Virus record (IMG/VR): IMGVR_UViG_3300038548_000429
Coordinates: 1 to 50,348 of that record
Reading direction: 5' to 3' (one strand)
Source: a virus
Taxonomy: Duplodnaviria > Caudoviricetes
Length of the DNA: 50,348 bases
Shown: piece by piece, positions 8,459 to 16,509 of the stretch
Numbering within the stretch: the stretch's first letter is position 1
Layout: the number at the start of each line of letters is the position of its first letter
Notes under the pieces: generated by a model
Database searches by the model: none
Told to the model about the DNA's origin: nothing
What the model saw: only the letters and a program-made list of their open reading frames with translations
Position numbers and translations under genes: made by a program

Positions 8459-10963
8459 CTAAAATCCTCTCATAGCTGACGCTGTGGCGTTCATAGCTTG
8501 AATATCCTCTGCTCCGCTGCTGCTCATAATATTGATAGTGGTGTCGCCTCTTGAGTTGTTGGTGGTATTGCCAGTACCAAGCCCCATGCCACCTAGTACA
8601 TGCCCTAATCCACTCATTATAGCGTTGCTAGTTTGCGAGTTCAGCACTGCCACACTCTGAGCGCGTGGGCCAGTCATCAATATCTCATTTTCGTGGATAC
8701 GTGCCATGCCATTAAATACGCCACCGGATGCTTCACCGGGTATATCGAAATTGCCACCGCCACCGCCACCACCAAGAGCGCCTGCAATGCCCGCATTCAC
8801 AGCATCAACTAAACTGATGTCGCTAATTACATCCATGCGATTCAGAATTGCATCTAACTCTAGCACAATCTTGCCTAACTCTAGCGCCCCTATCGTGCTG
8901 AATGAGGCAATCGTAGCACCTATTGCGTTGGTAGCCTCTTTGATGGTAGGGCCGGATAAGGTGAATGCGTTGGCCGCATTTTTAGTTTTTGTCTCTACAC
9001 CGCCCATTGCAGATGCCATTAACTCGGCGTTAGCAGTGACTGCTTGCAATGCTGTAACGTCACCGAATTCTGTATTGAGTGCATTCGCAGCTTCGAGCGC
9101 ACCCGGTAAATCTGCGTTTTCTACAGCCACGCCAAATGCTTCAAATAATTCCGCGCTCCGGTTTAGGTCATCTATACCACTCGTATCCACCACCGTTCCG
9201 GGATCGTCTGCATTAATTGTTACATTCTTAATCTGCTGCGCTATCTGATTCGCCAACGCTAAATCACCGCTAGACACTGCTTCATCGAATTGGGATTGTA
9301 CGATTTCTACTATGTTTGCGGCCTCAACACCATGACTTATGGCGCGATTAAGTACATTTTCTAGCGCCTTCTCATCCTCCGCATTTACAATATCAAAGGG
9401 TAATTGGCCCGTTGCTAGTCGCGTTACTTCAGTTTGCGTGGCTGCGGCCCCCGCCACATTTCCACCAATAGATTGCAGGTCAGCAATAAATTGCAAAGCT
9501 CCAATTGCGAAGTTCACTAATGCGGATTCCAGATCATGTACCGTCTGAGCAAACCCATCTAACTGGAACGCAATCTCTATAGCTTCGGGTATGTCCATAC
9601 CGCCTGCAATGAGACTCGTAAAGTCAGTTATGCCCGCCGTGAATTGTGCAATCTTGCCCGGTATATCAAAGGCATCACTCACAGTAGTGGCGAGTTCTTC
9701 AGTGATGGTGCGTTCTAATGTAAGGATGGCAGTACCAAGATCGCCAAATAATATTTGTGTTTGAAGAGCAGCGCGACCCGCTGAATTTCGTAATTCATCG
9801 GCCACTTGTGTAGGGTCAAGCTGTATCGCTACCAATAACCCGACATCCTCACCTTGACTTCCTAACAAGTCGGCCAATTGCCCTTTATTAATTAGACCTG
9901 CTTCAAAGGCAACTTCTGCTGCTTGGAACATACCCGCAAAGAATTCATCTGCGGCTAATTCCCCCGCTGCAAATGCTTCTGCCTCATCAAGTTGTCCAAG
10001 AATCTCCAATACATCAAATTTAACATCACCCGAACCCGCCGCTAATGCCAGTGGTATAGCGTTACCAAGTTCTTTAAATAAATCAACCACTTTATCAACA
10101 TCGCGTGTACCCAAATCTAGTGCCTGTTTCACAGCACTAAATCCAGCTTCAGCACTTAGTCCAATATCGGTAAATTGTACGGAGTATTCATCAATAGAAT
10201 CTAAGAAATCGCCACTGGAATTAAGTCCAGTTTCAAACCCTGCAACGATGAAATCAACAGCTCGTTCAATATTGCTAAATAGCCCTGTGTCTACCAACTT
10301 GTCAGCAGCAGTTAATACCGATAGAAAATCCTCGCCTGTGAGCGCCGCGCCTGCAAAAACAGCCTCAGTATTTTTAGCTAAATCCTTTACATTACCCGTT
10401 GTTTGCAATACTAACGCTGCATTCTCTGCAATCTCTTCCTTACTATCGGCCCACGCATTCAAGAATATCCCCTGAATAAGCCCAGCAGCATCAGGGATGT
10501 CCTGATTAACGCGGCTTGTTAACGTCCGCACGGCCTTGTCTGTATCTAGGATTGTACTAAGTAAGGGAATATCGGCTATGCTAGTGGGGATGGGAAGATT
10601 GGCCACGATGTTGATGACAGCATCAACACCAAGTAAGGTCTGTACCCATGAATCCACATCTGCATCAGCATTCGACATATCGGCATCGACTTCAATTTCA
10701 GCATCGGGCACGTCAATAGACCTAATGGCGGATTCGGCTTTGCTGATGTCAGCATCCACGCCAATCTCTACATTCTTGCCCTTCACACCTTTCAGTAACC
10801 CGCCAAGTGTGTCAAGACCTTTGCTATCGACACTCACTTTCGCGGTGATGTCCTTGAGGGCTTTGTCGGCTTTAGCTCCCAGCGCAATAGCTTTATTAAG
10901 GTCTTTTGTATAGTCCTTAATATCCGCTTCAACGCTGATGCCTATTGTAGGGAACTCTGCCAT
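8459..10963 (-). CDS. tail tape measure protein
   Basis: 834 aa Ala/Gly-rich helical protein with DFLDSIDEYSVQF and DKVVDLFKE TMP motifs. It follows the chaperones. Confidence 0.9.
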   Translation of the reverse strand: MAEFPTIGISVEADIKDYTKDLNKAIALGAKADKALKDITAKVSVDSKGLDTLGGLLKGVKGKNVEIGVDADISKAESAIRSIDVPDAEIEVDADMSNADADVDSWVQTLLGVDAVINIVANLPIPTSIADIPLLSTILDTDKAVRTLTSRVNQDIPDAAGLIQGIFLNAWADSKEEIAENAALVLQTTGNVKDLAKNTEAVFAGAALTGEDFLSVLTAADKLVDTGLFSNIERAVDFIVAGFETGLNSSGDFLDSIDEYSVQFTDIGLSAEAGFSAVKQALDLGTRDVDKVVDLFKELGNAIPLALAAGSGDVKFDVLEILGQLDEAEAFAAGELAADEFFAGMFQAAEVAFEAGLINKGQLADLLGSQGEDVGLLVAIQLDPTQVADELRNSAGRAALQTQILFGDLGTAILTLERTITEELATTVSDAFDIPGKIAQFTAGITDFTSLIAGGMDIPEAIEIAFQLDGFAQTVHDLESALVNFAIGALQFIADLQSIGGNVAGAAATQTEVTRLATGQLPFDIVNAEDEKALENVLNRAISHGVEAANIVEIVQSQFDEAVSSGDLALANQIAQQIKNVTINADDPGTVVDTSGIDDLNRSAELFEAFGVAVENADLPGALEAANALNTEFGDVTALQAVTANAELMASAMGGVETKTKNAANAFTLSGPTIKEATNAIGATIASFSTIGALELGKIVLELDAILNRMDVISDISLVDAVNAGIAGALGGGGGGGNFDIPGEASGGVFNGMARIHENEILMTGPRAQSVAVLNSQTSNAIMSGLGHVLGGMGLGTGNTTNNSRGDTTINIMSSSGAEDIQAMNATASAMRGF

Positions 10964-11244
10964 TATTTGTTCTTCTTATTCTTTGCGTCTAATTTACGCT
11001 GCTCATTATCGTCATAATCGCGCATGGCCCGAATGTTGCTCATTCCATACGTTTCAGCACACATCACTACCCTATCTTCATGGCTCAATTCCCACCATTC
11101 AGAAGGGCTAAGATTATACTCTTTAGCTACCGTCAGATGCCCTAGAATCGAACTGTACTTGACGCCGTAACTTTGTGATTTCTTGAAGCAAGGGTGTGTA
11201 TTTATCCAATCCGCTACGTTCACTCCGCGATACTCTAACCCGAA
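10963..11244 (-). CDS. tail assembly chaperone, T part (probably made as a frameshift fusion)
   Basis: LSPSEWWELSHEDR motif, overlaps the upstream chaperone in the +1 frame, and stops at the TMP start (TAATG). Confidence 0.65.
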   Translation of the reverse strand, partial: FGLEYRGVNVADWINTHPCFKKSQSYGVKYSSILGHLTVAKEYNLSPSEWWELSHEDRVVMCAETYGMSNIRAMRDYDDNEQRKLDAKNKKNK

Positions 11245-11785
11245 ACACACGCCACGCGGAATGAATATCATCCTCGCTAGGCTCTGCCTCCATGATGTCT
11301 AGTTGGTCGTGCGCGGCTTCGTATATCTCATCTATATCGCCCTGTGAGGCGCATAGACAATGATACAGCGTAGCAAGCCACTCATCATCCGGTAAATCCA
11401 TAAAGGCGCTCAGGTCGCTTCGTTGATCTTTATATTGCTCAATGAGGGCTTCTTTCGATTGCGGCCACTCCACACTTATTTCCACCATTGCTTCTAGGTA
11501 TCCACGATTCCGCAATTTATCCGCTTCCGATTTGATGGCTTCATATTCCTCATATCTCACATTCGATTTATCACTAATCGGGATGGTTGCACCGGGTGAC
11601 TCACTTCCCTCGATTTGCTCTTCATATTCCTTCTCATCGGGGTAGGGGAATGTATCAGCAAGTTTCTTAAACACCGCTTGACGGGTATAAGGCGATAGCG
11701 GCTTCACCAATATGGTGACGCCACTATCCAGTATCAATTCGATTGCCTTCATCTTCACTGCTGTCGTACCGTTCTTTCTGCTCAT
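11123..11785 (-). CDS. tail assembly chaperone, G part
   Basis: Acidic 220-aa protein between the tail tube and TMP. Confidence 0.7.
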   Translation of the reverse strand: MSRKNGTTAVKMKAIELILDSGVTILVKPLSPYTRQAVFKKLADTFPYPDEKEYEEQIEGSESPGATIPISDKSNVRYEEYEAIKSEADKLRNRGYLEAMVEISVEWPQSKEALIEQYKDQRSDLSAFMDLPDDEWLATLYHCLCASQGDIDEIYEAAHDQLDIMEAEPSEDDIHSAWRVFRVRVSRSERSGLDKYTPLLQEITKLRRQVQFDSRASDGS

Positions 11786-11818
11786 ATGGAGTGCTTTCCG
11801 CGACTATGCAGCCGCCTT

Positions 11819-13348
11819 TTATTGTCTCACTAATCCGATAAATCCTTGTCCACCATCCGCTTCACCTACCGTAATACAGTGCTGGTTATCGGCTACTGCA
11901 ATGCTATTGATGGTCTGATTTGCTGGGCTAGTGAATGACCCTATCACTTCCGTTTGTTTATCGCCTAAATTACCACCACTGCGATCAAACAGCACACGCG
12001 ATAAAGCCGCTGCATCGGTCTGTACGATGAATAAGATAGCGCCTCTGAATCCGGTAAATTTCAAATCCTCAATTGTCCCCACACCTTGTTTCTGAAACGA
12101 TGGCAATGTATAGGCGGGTTTGTTGTTGTTTTGCGGTTTCTTGCTGCGCCAAATCGTACCCGCATCCGTGCCTAAAAACAACTCATCGCGGTCAGGTGGG
12201 GCAGCAATCGCGGTGACAGCGTCGGTTAACGCCGTACCATCCGCTTGCTTCACTGTAGCTAAACTTCCTACACGCGCACCGGATGGGCCATCAATCTTTA
12301 CTACCACGCCACCTGCTCCACCTATCCATGCTAGATTTGAATTGCTCACTGCGCCTACCGTGAGGTCGGCTGATGTAATAACAGCAGCATCGAATGATGT
12401 CCAACTCCCACCACCATCGGTACTGATATAGATGTAGCCACCATCACCAAATGCGATGATGTCACCATTGGGCATCACCATACCATCATTGGGGAAATTG
12501 GCTGTAATGCCAGTGGAGGCAGTAAAGGATGTCGGGCCTAAATCATCGCGCAAGTCCTGCAAAGCTACCCGCGTCGGGCCATGTGATGGGCTAAACACAA
12601 CCAATGTATCGCCTTGCTTCACAATACCTGTGGCGTTGGCTGTCAGGAAATCATCTATAGCAGTGAGATCCCATGTTGCGCCTTTATCCTCACTAAAACC
12701 AACATACGGAATGCTCGTTCCGGCATAACCGGGTGACGCATCCAAATCCGTGACAAATGCGATTTCATTTGTGCCATCTAACTGGTCGCCACAATCGCCA
12801 TAACATTGCTCTGGACTTAGATATATCACTTTGTTGATAGCTACATCTGTGACGTCCTTGCTGATGTCAGTATGCTGCAACTTGGTGGACAATACACGGA
12901 TACCCGCACTATAAGGGAGGCTAAACTTTTGGTCACTTCCGGGTGTGTCGGCGTTATTGGCTAACGGGTCACTGAAATCATTTGAGGTAGAATATGAGTC
13001 TTGAAACTCAGTGATAGCCTGATAATTGGTGATTTCACGAATATCCCCGCACATGTGCCTCACTCTGACATTAACCGGGCAATCTGTGAAACCCTTAACC
13101 TTCAAAAACTCTTGTACTGTCGCACGATACATCATAGTGAATGTAAAACGCTCCCGGTTGCTGGTGACATTACCACCGATATAAGCATCGCCCCCGTCAT
13201 CACCACGTCCCCACTTACTATCTACACTGACACCACCACCTGTTGCGGCATCAATCTCGCCTTGCGTATCCACAATGACCCAGGGATTGCCAGCGCCTTT
13301 CTGAATACCAACTATCGTGCGGCTGCGTTCATTGCTAATTTGTGCCAT
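11819..13348 (-). CDS. major tail tube protein fused to a BNR/Asp-box beta-propeller
   Basis: Position immediately before the chaperones, with Asp-box motifs SEDKGATW and STDGGGSW and repeated VG/GG blade ends. Confidence 0.6.
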   Translation of the reverse strand: MAQISNERSRTIVGIQKGAGNPWVIVDTQGEIDAATGGGVSVDSKWGRGDDGGDAYIGGNVTSNRERFTFTMMYRATVQEFLKVKGFTDCPVNVRVRHMCGDIREITNYQAITEFQDSYSTSNDFSDPLANNADTPGSDQKFSLPYSAGIRVLSTKLQHTDISKDVTDVAINKVIYLSPEQCYGDCGDQLDGTNEIAFVTDLDASPGYAGTSIPYVGFSEDKGATWDLTAIDDFLTANATGIVKQGDTLVVFSPSHGPTRVALQDLRDDLGPTSFTASTGITANFPNDGMVMPNGDIIAFGDGGYIYISTDGGGSWTSFDAAVITSADLTVGAVSNSNLAWIGGAGGVVVKIDGPSGARVGSLATVKQADGTALTDAVTAIAAPPDRDELFLGTDAGTIWRSKKPQNNNKPAYTLPSFQKQGVGTIEDLKFTGFRGAILFIVQTDAAALSRVLFDRSGGNLGDKQTEVIGSFTSPANQTINSIAVADNQHCITVGEADGGQGFIGLVRQ

Positions 13349-13364
13349 GATATTTGTTCCTTTT

Positions 13365-13901
13365 TTACTTTATTTTACGTGAAGCTCTTCGCAGAGCATT
13401 TTCCATTCGTCGTTTAAAATCTGGTTTCAATACATCTTCTAATGTACTTGTGAACTCGCGTGCTTCTATGCCGGGATGAATCACACCTTTTGCAGCAACA
13501 CGCGGCCCGGATGCCTTGCCCGAACCCACATTCGCTTTTGCTATCGGCCTTGTGCGCGGGCTATAGCCTGTCCTAAAGAACAATGTTCCGCCCGGCTTCT
13601 TTGGAAATATTGGGTATGCAGACTTCTTAGGGCCAAACTTGCCCGTCCCTTTATCTACCCAATGGAATATATTCACAATGTCCTTTTTGCCCGTGACATT
13701 GACTATGCCAGTGATTAAATTAGGCGTGATACGATTCTCTGGTGTGAATTTAGGTTTCTTTTTCCATCCTTGCACTGAAGCCGTCAAAAGCGCGGCCAAT
13801 GCGAAAGTGACTACGTGCATTTCTTTATTCAATTCTTGCTTTAACACTTTATCTTGCCGTATCATCTCGGCGCGTATGCTCTTTACTTTACGTGACGCCA
13901 T
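13365..13901 (-). CDS. tail completion / HK97 gp10-like neck protein
   Basis: Basic protein with WVDKGT and HPGIEAREF motifs. Confidence 0.6.
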   Translation of the reverse strand: MASRKVKSIRAEMIRQDKVLKQELNKEMHVVTFALAALLTASVQGWKKKPKFTPENRITPNLITGIVNVTGKKDIVNIFHWVDKGTGKFGPKKSAYPIFPKKPGGTLFFRTGYSPRTRPIAKANVGSGKASGPRVAAKGVIHPGIEAREFTSTLEDVLKPDFKRRMENALRRASRKIK

Positions 13902-14562
13902 TAATAACCTCCATCACCATATTCTTGATGGTGGTATGATAACGATTGGCACGGCTGTATCGCTTACTGGCTGTGCGATTATAAAAGAACACCGGATAGT
14001 CTATGTATAGAGGCTTCACTTTCGCCTTGTAAATGAGAGACGCCATGAATCCCCAATGCTCCCCACCTATATTGAATTCGGGGCTATACCCACCTGCTTT
14101 ATGCCAGTCCTTTTTATCGAACATGAAACTAGCATAACCTATGTTCTTGTGATGTATCATAGATGGCTTGGGAGGGCGTTGATCTACCATGCCATTGCCA
14201 TTTACTTCCACCCAATTGCCATATACAAAATGGCCGGGCTTATAGGCGGTTTTCATCGCTTCCACTGCGCCCTCTGCCAACCAATCATCAGCATCCAATG
14301 GCAATATAAGACCATCGTCTGCCTCGCCTATCGCTAGATTGCGGGCATGACACACGCCCGCTGGAAATGCTGAATGGGTGCTAAAATAGTCTAAATGTGT
14401 GGGATTGCGAAAATGTGATTCTAATGTTTCATATCCATCACCATTGTCACCATCAAACACCACAATCACACTATCACATTGGTCTATGGCACTCTCTACC
14501 GCTTTATTCAGCGTAGAGGCATTATTGTGGCACGGGATAATGCACGTAACTGGTAATGTCAT
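13888..14562 (-). CDS. glycosyltransferase family 2
   Basis: IIPCHN, VVFDG, GVCHARN, PLDADD (GT-A DxD). Confidence 0.85.
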   Translation of the reverse strand: MTLPVTCIIPCHNNASTLNKAVESAIDQCDSVIVVFDGDNGDGYETLESHFRNPTHLDYFSTHSAFPAGVCHARNLAIGEADDGLILPLDADDWLAEGAVEAMKTAYKPGHFVYGNWVEVNGNGMVDQRPPKPSMIHHKNIGYASFMFDKKDWHKAGGYSPEFNIGGEHWGFMASLIYKAKVKPLYIDYPVFFYNRTASKRYSRANRYHTTIKNMVMEVINGVT

Positions 14563-15740
14563 AATGCACCTCGCACTCTAGTCGAGGTGAACTTGCCCCC
14601 ACGCCCTAACGCCTGTTCTTGCACAAAATCCCACGCAAATAGGCTACCTTCATTTATTCCAAACGGATTGGTAATGTTGCGCTCAGTCGTGGGGCCTTCA
14701 TTCAAATCACGTCGCATAATCGCTTGGATAGGGTCACATACCTTCTCTATATCTACAATGAAGGTGTTAGCCAGACGCATCAGGACTTGTGCAAAGTCAT
14801 TATCCATACGCTGATATTGTTCTTGGAATCCTGCTTTATAAAACACCCTCACGGTATTGGGCGCGAATTTAGTGGACTGACTCCCTTCAAACCGTACTTG
14901 AAATATCCCTAAGCGATTGTTTCTAGGCAATACAAGCCCACTATGTAAATTCCATATCTCTAAATCGGTAAGTTCAGTAAAGACCGGGTCGCTCATATAT
15001 TGCACGGGAGTCGTTGTGTCGGTGTAAACGCGATATATATCTACTAATGTAACAAAATCCCCCGCCGTGCTGGTATCGGCTTGGTTGATGTCGCGTGATT
15101 CAGGTTCGTTGTAAGGTGTGTCCCATATATTAGGTTTCACAAATAATGCGCGATGCCCCACAATCGTAATAGTGACGCCATCAGTCGTGACCGTGACAGG
15201 CGCTATCCGAAAGCGTTCATCCCCAGCGGCTTTGCCAGAATCGCTTGCTGTGAAGAATATCTGAATTTCATCTGCACTGAGCGTGGAAGCGACGGTCATG
15301 GTGGCGGTATCATCAGCACTCAATATACCGGGATTCGATTCTGAGTATGTCACCGTAGCATCGTCATCTAATAATGTGGTGGCCCGTTGCCCATATTCAA
15401 TCACATAGCCCATGCTAGTCTGTAGCTGCTGCTGACTCACTGGAATGCCAAAGCCTAGTGGAATTTCCTCAACAAAATACTGAGGCAAAGGCGTGTAGCC
15501 AAGATGGGATGACATTTTGCGATAAGCAGTATATAACCCACGCGCCACTGAATCACGAGAGGGTTGCACCCAACTAGGGCATTGACTAGTCGGTACATCG
15601 TCACCCGTCACCTGATTGAAACGCCAAATCTCTTCTCTAATCTCTTCACGCCAAATATTCAGTAAGTGCGGCGGTATTAAGGAACGCGCCCCCGTGCTGT
15701 TGTTGAGTTGGAAATGCGATGTAAGTTCGGTTATGGCCAT
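14559..15740 (-). CDS. head-tail adaptor-like virion protein
   Basis: First gene of the tail operon, with VRVFYKAGF and C-terminal NPFG typical of adaptor proteins. GGAGG RBS upstream. Confidence 0.55.
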   Translation of the reverse strand: MAITELTSHFQLNNSTGARSLIPPHLLNIWREEIREEIWRFNQVTGDDVPTSQCPSWVQPSRDSVARGLYTAYRKMSSHLGYTPLPQYFVEEIPLGFGIPVSQQQLQTSMGYVIEYGQRATTLLDDDATVTYSESNPGILSADDTATMTVASTLSADEIQIFFTASDSGKAAGDERFRIAPVTVTTDGVTITIVGHRALFVKPNIWDTPYNEPESRDINQADTSTAGDFVTLVDIYRVYTDTTTPVQYMSDPVFTELTDLEIWNLHSGLVLPRNNRLGIFQVRFEGSQSTKFAPNTVRVFYKAGFQEQYQRMDNDFAQVLMRLANTFIVDIEKVCDPIQAIMRRDLNEGPTTERNITNPFGINEGSLFAWDFVQEQALGRGGKFTSTRVRGAL

Positions 15741-15806
15741 AAAAAATCATGCCTCCACATCCACAATAACATATAATATTACGATGCGATACCACTAAGG
15801 AAACAC

Positions 15807-15893
15807 AAAAAGCGCCCATCGGGGAGATAAGGCGCTTTTGCATTGAATTACGTCATTAGCCAAAAAGAATCGGTCAATGCAATCATTATAGCA
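15807..15893 (-). ncRNA. sRNA unit 6 (promoter, stem-loop, terminator)
   Basis: TGCTATAAT (15893-15885); stem TTGCATTGA/TCAATGCAA around a 27-nt loop; terminator AAGCGCC..GGCGCTTTTT. Confidence 0.65.
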
Positions 15894-15903
15894 TAAAACA
15901 AAT

Positions 15904-16023
15904 AAAACCCCCACTTGGGTGTGACGACCTGTGAGGGTTGAGGCCGCTTACGTTTGCGTTTGCCCCACGTAAGAGGGTGTTTATGCAAATAACGCGGCTA
16001 ACGTTATAAATTATAATATACCA
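15904..16023 (-). ncRNA. sRNA unit 5
   Basis: TGGTATATT plus overlapping TATAAT; hairpins ATAACG/CGTTAT and TTACGT/ACGTAA; terminator-like AACCCTCAC..GTGGGGGTTTT. Confidence 0.55.
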
Positions 16024-16030
16024 CGTCACA

Positions 16031-16118
16031 GCACAAAACGCCACCCATTGGCAGCGCCTTGTGCAATTTACATACCATCGTTAGAAGACTCATCTTAAAC
16101 GATAAAGGGAGTATAGCA
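16031..16118 (-). ncRNA. sRNA unit 4
   Basis: TGCTATACT; hairpin ATCGTT..AACGAT; terminator CGCTGCC-AATG-GGTGGCG-TTTT. Confidence 0.6.
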
Positions 16119-16121
16119 CAT

Positions 16122-16197
16122 AAAAAGCGCCCACTAGGGGCGCAAGTTCAGAATAGAGGGAGGAGCTTTATGAAAATCAGTCTCTATCAGTATACCA
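16122..16197 (-). ncRNA. sRNA unit 3
   Basis: TGGTATACT; stem ATAGAG/CTCTAT enclosing ACTGATTTTCATAAAGCTCCTCC; terminator GCGCCC-CTAGT-GGGCGC-TTTTT. Confidence 0.65.
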
Positions 16198-16198
16198 C

Positions 16199-16390
16199 AA
16201 AAAAACAGCCCCACGCTGTTAGGGCTGCTTTCTCCGTCTTATGAGAAACAATTGCCTTACACTTTACCTCACTCAATACATTGTTTGTGTGAAGGGCGTA
16301 ATCGCCATGTTTCCTGTCGTGCTGTCCTAGTATCGAGAATTTCGATACCCGTTGCATATATAGTGTACCACTTCGTCAATGGAAATGCAA
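16199..16390 (-). ncRNA. sRNA unit 2 (longest, ~155 nt)
   Basis: TTGCAT-17bp-TACACT with an extended TG; hairpin GTATCGA..TCGATAC; terminator CAGCCC..GGGCTG-T7. Confidence 0.6.
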
Positions 16391-16414
16391 TGTTGGTGAG
16401 ACGGCCTACAAACT

Positions 16415-16507
16415 AAAACGCCAGCTATTGTTAGTAGCTGGCGTTGGAATCAGCATTTAATAGCGATTCATGTATTGCCCTTCTCAATTCCAATATCAAT
16501 TATAACA
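16415..16507 (-). ncRNA. sRNA unit 1
   Basis: TGTTATAAT; stem TTGGAAT/ATTCCAA around a ~36-nt loop; terminator CGCCAGCTA-7nt-TAGCTGGCG-TTTT. Confidence 0.65.
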
Positions 16508-16509
16508 GA

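Noticed and set aside
8706-10913. Long plus-strand ORFs opposite the tape measure (and similar ones opposite the capsid, portal and tail tube)
   Set aside because: These are antisense shadows caused by codon bias, with Ser/Ala/Pro-rich translations and no RBS.
15646-16244. ORF-track calls 15646..15843 (-) and 16059..16244 (+)
   Set aside because: They run through terminator hairpins and promoter boxes and lack convincing RBSs at their called starts, so they are probably spurious.
15807-16507. CRISPR mini-array or TIGR-like array
   Set aside because: There are no conserved-sequence direct repeats, unit lengths vary (~75-190 bp), and I recognised no Cas or Nop-domain gene. Only the architecture repeats.
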